DNA of 64,000 bases from an uncultured bacterium (lineage in GTDB: Bacteria > Verrucomicrobiota > Verrucomicrobiia > Limisphaerales > UBA8199): positions 256,001 through 320,000 of the forward strand of contig CAVVMW010000012.1 of the NCBI GenBank assembly GCA_963749495.1, written 5' to 3'. Shown here in pieces: positions 41,757-50,119 of this stretch; within the stretch, counting starts at the first letter, position 1; every line of letters begins with the position of its first letter. A program made the translations under genes and the position numbers. A model generated the notes under the pieces. The model was not told the DNA's origin and searched no databases. It worked only from the letters and a program-made list of their open reading frames with translations.

Positions 41757-42515
41757 TCACGCCCCCAGGACCGAGATGAGATAGCGGATTTCCTCCTCCA
41801 CCTCACCTTCTGACGATACCGTCTGGGCCACCTGGTGGCGCAGCAGTGCCCCGAAACGCTGGCGCACCCGGTGAATCGTCACATCGACCGCGTTCAAGCT
41901 CATTCCGTGTTTGGCTGCCAGCTCGACCCGGGAGGCGCTGCCCCGGCCGCGGGGCAGGAAGCCTTCCAGTTCCGCGAACGCCAGGCCCTCAGCCCGCCGG
42001 GCATACTCTTGCCGCAGCACTTCCAGCGTCCGCTCCACCAGCATAAACGCCCAGTGCCGGTCGAACAGCACCTCAGGCGTCATCTCATCAATCGGTTCAA
42101 GAGAGAGCCGCATCTCCGTGGGGCCGCTGTCCAGCGAAATGGGGGTTCGTCCGCCGCCGCGTCGTTGCGAGCGCGCTCGGTCGCGCTGATCGGCCAGGAA
42201 GTGTTTCAGGCAGGCCAAGAGGAAGGAGCGAAACTTGCCGAGGGCCGGATTCACCTTCGTCAAGGAATCGGTTTGCAGCAAACGAAAGAGGAACTCCTGC
42301 GCCAAGTCCTGGGCATCATCCGGGCTGTAACTATCGCGCCGAATAAAGGCATAGAGGGGAGGCCAATACGTCTGGCAAAGCCTCGACCAAGCCTCCCGCG
42401 CTTCCGTTGACCCGCCGTCCCCTGCCTGAAGGACGACCGACCAATGAGTCGCCGTGAACTGCGCCGACTCCGCCGCCGACCATTTGTCGTCCAAGGGGTC
42501 CATTTCGGCTCCCAT
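41757..42515 (-). CDS. ECF sigma-70 factor of the kinase-associated type
   Basis: FTATHWSVV, YWPPLYAFIRR, DAQDLAQEF, GKFRSFL, region-4 HTH; no anti-sigma gene adjacent. Confidence 0.9.
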   Translation of the reverse strand: MGAEMDPLDDKWSAAESAQFTATHWSVVLQAGDGGSTEAREAWSRLCQTYWPPLYAFIRRDSYSPDDAQDLAQEFLFRLLQTDSLTKVNPALGKFRSFLLACLKHFLADQRDRARSQRRGGGRTPISLDSGPTEMRLSLEPIDEMTPEVLFDRHWAFMLVERTLEVLRQEYARRAEGLAFAELEGFLPRGRGSASRVELAAKHGMSLNAVDVTIHRVRQRFGALLRHQVAQTVSSEGEVEEEIRYLISVLGA

Positions 42516-42782
42516 TCTATTCCCTCCCGCCTCCCTGAGCGAGGTTTTAATCAGCCGCCCAGCTTGACGTGCGTTCCCCGGCCGGCTCCGAAAGGAGGTG
42601 GGGGAGGCGCCACCCTCCGGGCGTTTGGCCTCGATTCTGGCGAAAACTCGCGGACATGGCTTTCCGAGTCTCTCAATCGTGTGCGCCTCACATCAGCCCT
42701 TGTTGCCTTCTGCGAACCGCCCTTCCGGCTTGCCATCGTCTGCCCGTGTTCCATAATTGAGTCCGCTGGGTTCACATCATTT

Positions 42783-42858
42783 GGGCGCTTGGCGCAGCGG
42801 TTAGCGCGTCTCGTTTACACCGAGTAGGTCGGGGGTTCGAATCCCTCAGCGCCCACCA
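42783..42858 (+). tRNA. tRNA-Val(TAC) with encoded CCA
   Basis: GGGCGCT/AGCGCCC acceptor, GCGC D-stem, TT-TAC-AC loop, GGGGG-TTCGAAT-CCCTC T-arm. Confidence 0.96.
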
Positions 42859-42893
42859 ATCTGGACTGTGGACTGTGGACCGTGGACCGTGGA

Positions 42894-43994
42894 CTAATTG
42901 GCCCCGCGTCCGGCCACGCCTTTAGTGCCCGAGGCAATCGCGCGGGCGGCTTCCTTGGGGCGCAGGGAGCGGACGGCTTTGCCGGCGACCCACATTTCGG
43001 AGTCGCGGATGGCGGCGAGTTCCTTGGCCAACTGTTGCTGGTAGTCGGGTTTGCCGCAGGCCTTGAGGACGCGCAGGCATTCCTTGCCGGTCTTGACGCG
43101 CCGGTAGAGTTCCTTGAAGACGGGCAGGACGGCCTTCTTGAAGCGCGGTTTCCAATCCAGGGCGCCGCGCTGGGCCGTGGCGGAGCAATTGGCGTACATC
43201 CAGTCCATGCCGTTTTCGTCCACCAGCCGGATGAGGCTCTGGGTGAGTTCCTCAACAGTTTCGTTGAAGGCCTCGCTCGGGGTGTGGCCGTGGGCGCGGA
43301 GGACGTTGTATTGGGCCTCCATGATGCCGGCCAGGGCGCCCATGAGCACGCCGCGCTCGCCGGTCAAGTCACTGAAGACCTCGTGCTGGAACGTCGTGGG
43401 GAAGAGATAGCCGGAGCCGATGCCGATGCCGATGGCCAGGCACCGCTCCTCGGCGCGCCCGGTGGCGTCCTGGCCGACGGCGAAGCTGGAGTTGATGCCG
43501 GCGCCGGTCAGGAAATTGCGGCGCACCGAAGTGCCCGAGCCTTTCGGGGCCACCATGATAACGTCCACGTCCTGGGGCGGCACCACGCCGGTGAGCTTTT
43601 GGTAGGCGATGGAAAAGCCGTGCGAGAAGTAGAGCGCAGCCCCGGGCTTGAGGTTCTGCTTGACCGCCGGCCAGATAGCCCGCTGGGCGGCATCCGAGAC
43701 GAGCATCTGGATGATGGTCCCCCGGCGCACCGCCTCCTCGATCTCGAAGAGTGTCTTGCCGGGCACCCAGCCGTCCTTGACCGCCCGGTCCCAGTCCCGC
43801 TTGAACGCGCCGGCCTGGCCTACCAGGACGTTGAACCCGTTGTCCCGCAGATTCAGGGATTGGGCCGGCCCTTGCACGCCGTAGCCGATGATGGCGATCG
43901 TCTCGTCCTTGAGGACCTTGCGGGCCCTGGCCATCGGGAATTCTTTGCGGGTGACGACTCTTTCTCGAGTGCCGCCAAAGTCAATAATTGCCAT
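42894..43994 (-). CDS. ilvC: Ketol-acid reductoisomerase
   Basis: IGYGVQG, FSHGF, VAPKGSG, SDLTGERGVLMG, CSATAQRGA. Confidence 0.97.
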   Translation of the reverse strand: MAIIDFGGTRERVVTRKEFPMARARKVLKDETIAIIGYGVQGPAQSLNLRDNGFNVLVGQAGAFKRDWDRAVKDGWVPGKTLFEIEEAVRRGTIIQMLVSDAAQRAIWPAVKQNLKPGAALYFSHGFSIAYQKLTGVVPPQDVDVIMVAPKGSGTSVRRNFLTGAGINSSFAVGQDATGRAEERCLAIGIGIGSGYLFPTTFQHEVFSDLTGERGVLMGALAGIMEAQYNVLRAHGHTPSEAFNETVEELTQSLIRLVDENGMDWMYANCSATAQRGALDWKPRFKKAVLPVFKELYRRVKTGKECLRVLKACGKPDYQQQLAKELAAIRDSEMWVAGKAVRSLRPKEAARAIASGTKGVAGRGAN

Positions 43995-44016
43995 ATAGTA
44001 ATTGCTTTCTCAATTT

Positions 44017-44090
44017 GGAGCGCGGACGCCCTCGTCCGCAAGTCTTTCTTAAAACGAGTCCGAACGCGCGGACGAGGGTGTCCGCGCTCC
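44017..44090. repeat. GGAG-type REP inverted pair between ilvN and ilvC
   Basis: ggagcgcggacgccctcgtccgc ... gcggacgagggtgtccgcgctcc. Confidence 0.8.
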
Positions 44091-44115
44091 TTTCTTGATC
44101 GGCCCCGGTTTCATT

Positions 44116-44589
44116 TCATTTGCGCGCCAGGGCGACCTTGCCCGTGCGGGTCAACTCGATGATGCCAAACGGCTTCATCAGGCTGATGAACTTCTCGACC
44201 TTGCTCTCGTCCCCGGTCACCTCGATCGTGAGGCTCTTGGCCTGCACATCGACGATCTTCGAGCGGAAGATGTCGGTGACCTGCATCACCTCGGCGCGGG
44301 TCTTGGTATCCACGGCGACCTTGACCAGCACCAGCTCCCGGTCCACGCATTCGCCCTCGCGGAAGTCCTGCACCTTCATGACCTCGGCCAGCTTGTTGAG
44401 TTGCTTGACAATCTGGTCCAACGTCGCGTCGTCGCCGCGCGTGACGATCGTCATCCGCGAGGCCGTCGGGTCGGATGTGGGCGCGACGTTGAGCGTATCG
44501 ATGTTGTAGCCGCGCCCGCTGAACAGACCGGCCACGCGCGTCAGCACGCCAAACTTGTTCTCCACCAGGACAGAGATAGTGTGTCGCAT
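44116..44589 (-). CDS. ilvN: Acetolactate synthase small subunit
   Basis: MRHTISVLVENKFGVLTRVAGLFSGRGYNI...RTGKVAL. Confidence 0.97.
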   Translation of the reverse strand: MRHTISVLVENKFGVLTRVAGLFSGRGYNIDTLNVAPTSDPTASRMTIVTRGDDATLDQIVKQLNKLAEVMKVQDFREGECVDRELVLVKVAVDTKTRAEVMQVTDIFRSKIVDVQAKSLTIEVTGDESKVEKFISLMKPFGIIELTRTGKVALARK

Positions 44590-45067
44590 AGTCCCCGCTG
44601 TGTTGCACGGGGGTGCAGAACCTAACAACGCGCCCCAGCCTGGTCAACAGGCAAAATCAGGAGTACGGAATCATCGCTCGGTTTCTGCTTGACCCAGCCT
44701 GATCGCCGGGCTTTAACTCGCTCGCCAGACTTGGAAATACTCTGCACAAACGCACATATGGAATACGAAATCGTGGGCGTAATCCGAACGCCTGAGTCAC
44801 CGGACAGGCTTGTCATCTCAGAAATAAGCGCCTTATCATAAGGTAGTTACGCAAACGACAACATCGTCCGAGCTCCAATTGAGCATAAAATGAGCACTAA
44901 CTGAGTGAAAAATGTTGACTTGTCGCTTTTGGAGCGTATCCTCAGTTCTAGGCGGGATGATATATGGCTCGTCCAGCGCCTACACCGCATGTGCGGCAAA
45001 AATGCCACTAATGTTTTGAAGAGTTCCAACCAGAGCGCGGCAGTAAACCGCGTCGAGGATGATTTTT

Positions 45068-45364
45068 ATGACGAGACTCCAAATCGAACTGGACGAGCAA
45101 AAGCTGGAGGTCCTTGAGGGTTTGATGGAAACGTGCGGACTCCGCACCAAGAAGGACCTTATCAATAATGCTTTGGCTTTACTTGAATGGGCGATTCGCG
45201 AAAGAGAAAAGGGGAACATTATCACCTCGCTGAATGAGGGAGAAAGCAAATACAAGGAGGTTCTCCTGCCCATCTTCAGCCATGTGCGGTCACACGTCCC
45301 AAAACCTCCAAGCTCCGAGGTCAAGGAAATGGTCTCAGGCTTTCCAGAGAAGGCGGTGCGGTAG
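45068..45364 (+). CDS. Small putative ribbon-helix-helix DNA-binding protein in an AT-richer patch
   Basis: RLQIEL strand followed by two helices (TKKDLINNALALLEW); GAGG upstream. Confidence 0.6.
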   Translation: MTRLQIELDEQKLEVLEGLMETCGLRTKKDLINNALALLEWAIREREKGNIITSLNEGESKYKEVLLPIFSHVRSHVPKPPSSEVKEMVSGFPEKAVR

Positions 45365-45401
45365 CGCCAATATGTCTTTTGGCTGACTACATTAAGGGCG
45401 G

Positions 45402-46538
45402 ATGTCGGACACATTGGTCGTCAATGAGATTTACTTGAGCCTGCAAGGGGAGAGCACCTTTGCAGGGCTGCCCTGCGTTTTTGTCCGGCTGACGGCCTGC
45501 AATCTGCGCTGTTCGTATTGCGATACGGCGTATGCCTTTGCTGAGGGCAGGAGGCGAACGGTGGGGGAGGTCTGCGGCGAGGTGCTGCGGCTGGCAGGCC
45601 CCTTCCGAGGACAGAGGACGGAGGACGGAGGGCGGAGGACGGAGGGCGGAGGACGGAGGACGGAGGACGGAGGACGGAGGACGGAGGACGGAGGACGGAG
45701 GACGGAGGACGGAGGACGGAGGACGGAGGACGGAGGACAGAGGACGGAGGACGGAGGACAGAGGACGGAGGACGGAGGACAGAGGACGGAGGACGGACGG
45801 AGGACGGAGGACGGAGGACAGAGGACGGAGGACGGAGGACGGAGGGCGGAGGGTGGAGGGCGGAGGACGGAGGACGGAGGACGGAGGACGGAGGGCGGAG
45901 GACAGAGGACGGAGGACGGAGGACGGAGGACGGAGGGCGGAGGACAGAGGACGGAGGACTCCGGACTGCGGACTGTGGACTGTGGACTGTGGACTGTGGA
46001 CTGTGGACTGCGGACTGTGGACTGTGGACGGCTTCCGCTGGTGGAAGTGACCGGGGGCGAACCGCTCCTGCAGAAGAACTCGCTGTCGCTGCTGCGGGCC
46101 TTGTGCGATGAGGGCTTCACGGTGCTCCTGGAGACCAGCGGCGCTCTGGACATCTCGGCCGTCGACAGCCGGGTCCGCCGCATCATGGATTTGAAATGCC
46201 CCAGCAGCGGGGAGGCCCCGCGCAACCGGTGGGAGAACCTGGCGCACCTCAGGAACACCGACGAGATCAAGTTCGTGCTTGGCACGGTCCAGGATTATGA
46301 GTGGGCACGGGAACAGATCGCCCGCCATGGACTGGCCGGGATTTGCCCGCTGCTCTTTTCCTGGGTCCACCCGCTCGCCCCGGAGCAGCGGCATCCCTCG
46401 CTCAAACCGCTCCCCCCGGGCCAGACACCCCTCTCCCGCAGGGAACTGGCCGAGCGAATCATTACCGACGCCCTGCCGGTGCGTCTCCAGGTCCAATTGC
46501 ACAAGATCCTCTGGCCGCCGGAGAAGAGGGGGGTCTGA
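45402..46538 (+). CDS. queE: 7-carboxy-7-deazaguanine synthase (radical SAM) with ~141-aa in-frame repeat insertion
   Basis: EIYLSLQGE, FVRLTACNLRCSYCDT, VTGGEP, LETSG, DLKCPSSG, QLHK. Confidence 0.92.
   Translation: MSDTLVVNEIYLSLQGESTFAGLPCVFVRLTACNLRCSYCDTAYAFAEGRRRTVGEVCGEVLRLAGPFRGQRTEDGGRRTEGGGRRTEDGGRRTEDGGRRTEDGGRRTEDGGQRTEDGGQRTEDGGQRTEDGRRTEDGGQRTEDGGRRAEGGGRRTEDGGRRTEGGGQRTEDGGRRTEGGGQRTEDSGLRTVDCGLWTVDCGLRTVDCGRLPLVEVTGGEPLLQKNSLSLLRALCDEGFTVLLETSGALDISAVDSRVRRIMDLKCPSSGEAPRNRWENLAHLRNTDEIKFVLGTVQDYEWAREQIARHGLAGICPLLFSWVHPLAPEQRHPSLKPLPPGQTPLSRRELAERIITDALPVRLQVQLHKILWPPEKRGV
45607..46030 (+). repeat. Heptamer array: ~50x GAGGAC(G/A) plus one 4-nt unit, then 10x G(T/C)GGACT, inside queE
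   Basis: Read directly from the sequence. Confidence 0.95.
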
Positions 46539-46540
46539 GG

Positions 46541-46712
46541 GACCGAATGCGGAGTGCGGAATGCGGAGTGCGGAGTGTTCCGGTGGGGATGTTGGGTCCG
46601 GATTGCGGCGCGAGGAATGGCGAATGGACCGAATGCGGAGTGCGGAATGCGGAGTGCGGAGTGTTCCGGTGGGAATGTTGGGTCCGGATTGCGGCGCGAG
46701 GAATGACGAATG
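46541..46712 (+). repeat. Two tandem 86-bp composite units
   Basis: Units start at 46541 and 46627; related pair at 49774 and 49860. Confidence 0.9.
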
Positions 46713-48158
46713 ACCAATGAGAGCCTGAGGACGATCGAGTGGCTGCGTGAATATGAATCGCGCAATGTGACGTTCATCGAGCCGGATGGCTCGTGGCCCA
46801 TTGTGTGGGAGCGCGCGCGGGGGGCGCATGTCTGGGATGCCGACGGCAGAGAGTATTTGGACCTCACCGCCGCTTTCGGAGTGGCCGCCGCCGGCCACGC
46901 CAATCCGCGCGTGGTCCGGGCCGGCCAACGGCAGATGGCCAAGCTGCTCCACGCCATGGGCGACGTACACCCGCACCCGCTCAAGGCCCGACTGGCCCGC
47001 GCCTTGAGCCGGCTGACTTTCGAGAGGTGGGAGCAGCGCCCCTCGCCCGGCCTGGCGGCCACGCTTTCCCCACCCCCGATGGAATCGGGGCAAGCGGGCG
47101 GAGAGAGGGGAGGGGTGAGGGGAGCTTCGCGCAAAGGCAAGGCGATCTTCTGCAATTCCGGCTTCGAGGCGGTCGAGGCGGCGCTCAAGACGGCCAGGCT
47201 GGCGACGGGCAAACCGGGCGTCATTGCCTTCACCGGGGCATATCACGGGCTGGGCTACGGGGCGCTCAACGCGACGCACCGCGAGCATTTCCGTTCGCAT
47301 TTCCGCGGCCAACTCGCCGAGTTTGGCCGGTTCGTCCCATTCCCTGCTCGAGCCGAGGACCTGGCGGGAGTGGGCGCGGCTGTGGACGCGCTGCTGCGGG
47401 ACGAGCCCATTGGGGCAGTGCTGGTGGAACCGATCCAGGTGCGGGGCGGCATCCACATCCCGCCGCCGGAATTTCTGCCGTTGTTGCGCGCGGTTTGCGA
47501 CCGGCGGCGGACGCTGCTGATCCTGGACGAGATCTATACTGGCTTTGGCCGCACCGGGAAATGGTTCGCCTGCGAACACTCGGCGACCGTGCCGGACCTG
47601 GTCTGCCTGGGCAAGGCCCTGACGGGCGGCTTTCCGCTCTCCGCCTGCGTCGGGCGGAGCGCGCTCATGGATGCCGCCTGGCCCGCCTCGACCGGCGAGG
47701 CCATCCACACCAGCACCTTCCTGGGCCACCCGGTCGGCTGCGCCATGGCCTTGGCCCAAATCCAGGAGATCCAGGCGCGCCGCCTGGTCGAGCGGAGCGC
47801 AAGCCTCGGCCAGTTCCTGCTTTCGCTCCTCTCGAAGCTCGAGGCCCCCGCCGCTGCCGGACTGGACCTGTCGGCCCGCGGCGCCGGTCTGCTGGCCGGC
47901 CTGGAAGTGCGCGCCCGCCATGGCCCTCCGGCCACAACTGTGGCGCTGGGCCTGATCAAAACGATGCTCCGCCGGGGCTTCATCCTGCTCCCCGAAGGCG
48001 AGCATTCCAACGTGTTGAGCTTCACACCGCCGCTGACCATCTCGAAAAGGCAGCTCGCCCAGGCCGTGGACGCCCTCGCTCAGGCTATTGGAGGGACGAG
48101 GGTCGAGGGTCGAGGGGCTGTCTCTCGACCCTCGACCCTCGACCCTCGACCCTCGTGA
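46710..48158 (+). CDS. Class III PLP-dependent aminotransferase (GabT/ArgD-like)
   Basis: [44 protein letters not shown]. Confidence 0.92.
   Translation: MTNESLRTIEWLREYESRNVTFIEPDGSWPIVWERARGAHVWDADGREYLDLTAAFGVAAAGHANPRVVRAGQRQMAKLLHAMGDVHPHPLKARLARALSRLTFERWEQRPSPGLAATLSPPPMESGQAGGERGGVRGASRKGKAIFCNSGFEAVEAALKTARLATGKPGVIAFTGAYHGLGYGALNATHREHFRSHFRGQLAEFGRFVPFPARAEDLAGVGAAVDALLRDEPIGAVLVEPIQVRGGIHIPPPEFLPLLRAVCDRRRTLLILDEIYTGFGRTGKWFACEHSATVPDLVCLGKALTGGFPLSACVGRSALMDAAWPASTGEAIHTSTFLGHPVGCAMALAQIQEIQARRLVERSASLGQFLLSLLSKLEAPAAAGLDLSARGAGLLAGLEVRARHGPPATTVALGLIKTMLRRGFILLPEGEHSNVLSFTPPLTISKRQLAQAVDALAQAIGGTRVEGRGAVSRPSTLDPRPS
48097..48155. repeat. Inverted heptamer repeats (CGAGGGT)n / (ACCCTCG)n in the aminotransferase 3' end
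   Basis: Read directly; hairpin-forming. Confidence 0.85.
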
Positions 48159-48180
48159 ACCGCTGAGCCTCGCCACCCCG

Positions 48181-49031
48181 ATGAAACTCAGCGACATGAA
48201 GCAAGTCCTGGCGGCCGGCGGCATTCAACTGACCAAGTCGCTCGGCCAGCATTTTCTTCACGACGCCAACCAACTCCGGCGCATGGTCGAGGCGGCCGAG
48301 TTGACCCCGTCCGACAACGTGCTCGAGATCGGCCCGGACTCGGACCGCTGACGCAACTGTTGGTCGAGCGGGCGGGCCAGGTGCTGGCCATCGAGAAAGA
48401 CGCGCGGCTGGTGGCGGTGCTCCGGGAGCGCTTTGGGCTGGAGCGGGGGGCCACGCCGGGCCTGCGCCTGCTCCACGACAACGCCCTGGATTTCCTGCGG
48501 CGCCAGAGGCGGGACTGGGGCGCTTGGAAACTGGTTGCCAACCTGCCCTACTCGGTGGCGTTGCCGCTGTTGGTCGAGCTGGCCCAAGCCCGTCCGGGGC
48601 CGGCGCGCCTGGTGGCGACGCTCCAACTGGAGGTGGCGATGCGGCTCCTGGCGCAGGCCGGGAGCCGGGACTACGGCATTCTAACGCTGCTGGTGCAACT
48701 GGACTACGAACCGTGCGGGTGGTTCAAGATCCCGTCCGGCTGCTTCTTCCCGGAGCCTGGGGTCAACTCGGCCTGCGTGTGCCTGAGGCGGCGTGCGCAG
48801 CCGCTGCTCGCCGGGGCCCAGGCGGGGGTGTTTGCCTCGATCGTCAAACGCAGCTTCTCCCAGCGGCGCAAGATGATGCGCAAGCTCTTGCACGCTGACT
48901 GGCCGGCTCCAGCCCTGGACCGCGCCTTCGCGGCCCTGGCCCCGCTGCCGCTCCCGGCCCAAGCCCGGGCCGAGACCGTCACCCTCGACCAATTCGTTCA
49001 ACTCACCCGCTTGCTGGCCGGGGGGCCGTGA
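48181..49031 (+). CDS. rsmA: 16S rRNA adenine dimethyltransferase; probable assembly frameshift ~48336
   Basis: [15 protein letters not shown](LG), ANLPY, FFPEP, FSQRRK. Confidence 0.92.
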
Positions 49032-49075
49032 AATGGGGGTATCCCGACACAGCCCCCACCGGATGCGGCCAGATG

Positions 49076-49185
49076 GGAGTGCGCCCGTCCTCGGGCGCAA
49101 CGACGTCCACAGCGAGGGCAGCGGTCAAGTACTCCGGCGCGCCGGCCCGCTCCCTCGCTGCTGCGCCCGGGGACGGGCGCACTCC
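49076..49185. repeat. GGAG-type REP inverted pair
   Basis: ggagtgcgcccgtcctcgggcgc ... gcgcccggggacgggcgcactcc. Confidence 0.8.
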
Positions 49186-49280
49186 GGCGGCAGTGTCGGG
49201 ATAGCCCCCCGTGAAATCAGTCAGACTCGTCGGACCTGTCGGACCTGTCGGACTTGTCGGACTTATCCTACTGTATTGCC

Positions 49281-49853
49281 ATGAACGAAGAGATCTTCGA
49301 TGTCGTCAACGAGCGCGACCAGGTCATCGACCGCCGTCCGCGCAGCGAGGTACACCGGCTGGGGCTCCTGCACCGGGCCACCCACGTGCTGGCCTTCAAC
49401 TCGCTGGGCCAAGTCTTTCTCCAAAAACGCTCGCTCAACAAGGACCGCCAGCCCGGCGTGTGGGATTCCTCCGCCTCGGGCCACGTGGAATCGGGCGAGG
49501 ATTACGACCCCTGCGCCGTGCGCGAACTGCGCGAGGAACTGGGCCTGGCCCTGAGCACTCCCCCGCGGCGGCTCTTCAAGCTCCCCGCCTCCGCCCAGAC
49601 GGACCAGGAACACGTCTGGGTTTACCGGTGCCAGGCCGAAGGGCCGTTCCAGCTCAATCCCGAGGAGATCGAGCGCGCCGGTTGGTTCGACCCGGAGCAG
49701 GTCACCCGCTGGCTGGCCCAGCGTCCCCAGGACTTCGCCAGCGCCTTCAGGCTAATCTGGGAAATGGTGAGCGGACCCAATGCGGAGTGCGGAGTGCGGA
49801 ATGCGGAGTGCTCCGGCGGGGATGTTGGGTCTGGATTTGGACGCGAAGAATGA
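49281..49853 (+). CDS. NUDIX hydrolase (IDI-like subfamily)
   Basis: LLHRA, LQKRS, GHVESGE...AVRELREELG. Confidence 0.9.
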   Translation: MNEEIFDVVNERDQVIDRRPRSEVHRLGLLHRATHVLAFNSLGQVFLQKRSLNKDRQPGVWDSSASGHVESGEDYDPCAVRELREELGLALSTPPRRLFKLPASAQTDQEHVWVYRCQAEGPFQLNPEEIERAGWFDPEQVTRWLAQRPQDFASAFRLIWEMVSGPNAECGVRNAECSGGDVGSGFGREE

Positions 49854-49962
49854 CGAATGGGCCCAATGCGGAGTGCGGAGTGCGGAATGCAGAGTGCTCC
49901 GGTGGGAATGTCGGGTTTGGATCGCAGTGCGATGAATGACGAATGACGAATGACGAATGACG
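49774..49962 (+). repeat. Two tandem 86-bp composite units plus (GAATGAC)n tail
   Basis: Same family as 46541-46712. Confidence 0.85.
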
Positions 49963-50119
49963 AACCGAAAAAGGCAAGGGGGCCATTTCTTTTCATGATT
50001 TTGCCGCCAATGATTTTGCAATAATGATTCTGCCTTGATGATCCTGCTCCGAATGGTTCTGCCCGGGGCGCGTTGACACCCCTGTTGCGGGCTGTTAGCT
50101 TTGCTCCCCTGGTGGAACA

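Larger units (their letters stand above)
34721..42820. mobile_element. ~8.1 kb genomic island at tRNA-Val, no integrase visible
   Basis: Flanking 40-bp direct repeats; tandem GCGTATAAGC at ~34892-34913 resembling integrase arm sites; gene fragments just inside the left end. Confidence 0.65.

Noticed and set aside
45607..46030. Insert as an intein or intron
   Set aside because: No Cys/Ser...His-Asn splice motifs or RNA structure; it is a pure tandem repeat.
45402..46538. queE as part of a Dpd/7-deazaguanine DNA-modification or QatABCD defence system
   Set aside because: No dpdA, queC or other partners nearby; neighbours are housekeeping genes (rsmA, ileS, ilvN).
46541..46712. 86-bp periodic units as a CRISPR array
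   Set aside because: Only two units per site, the would-be spacers are near-identical, and no cas genes are present.
45387..48224. 945-aa minus-strand ORF and other overlapping frames across queE
   Set aside because: Shadow ORFs caused by stop-free heptamers and high GC; the plus strand carries clear QueE and aminotransferase motifs.
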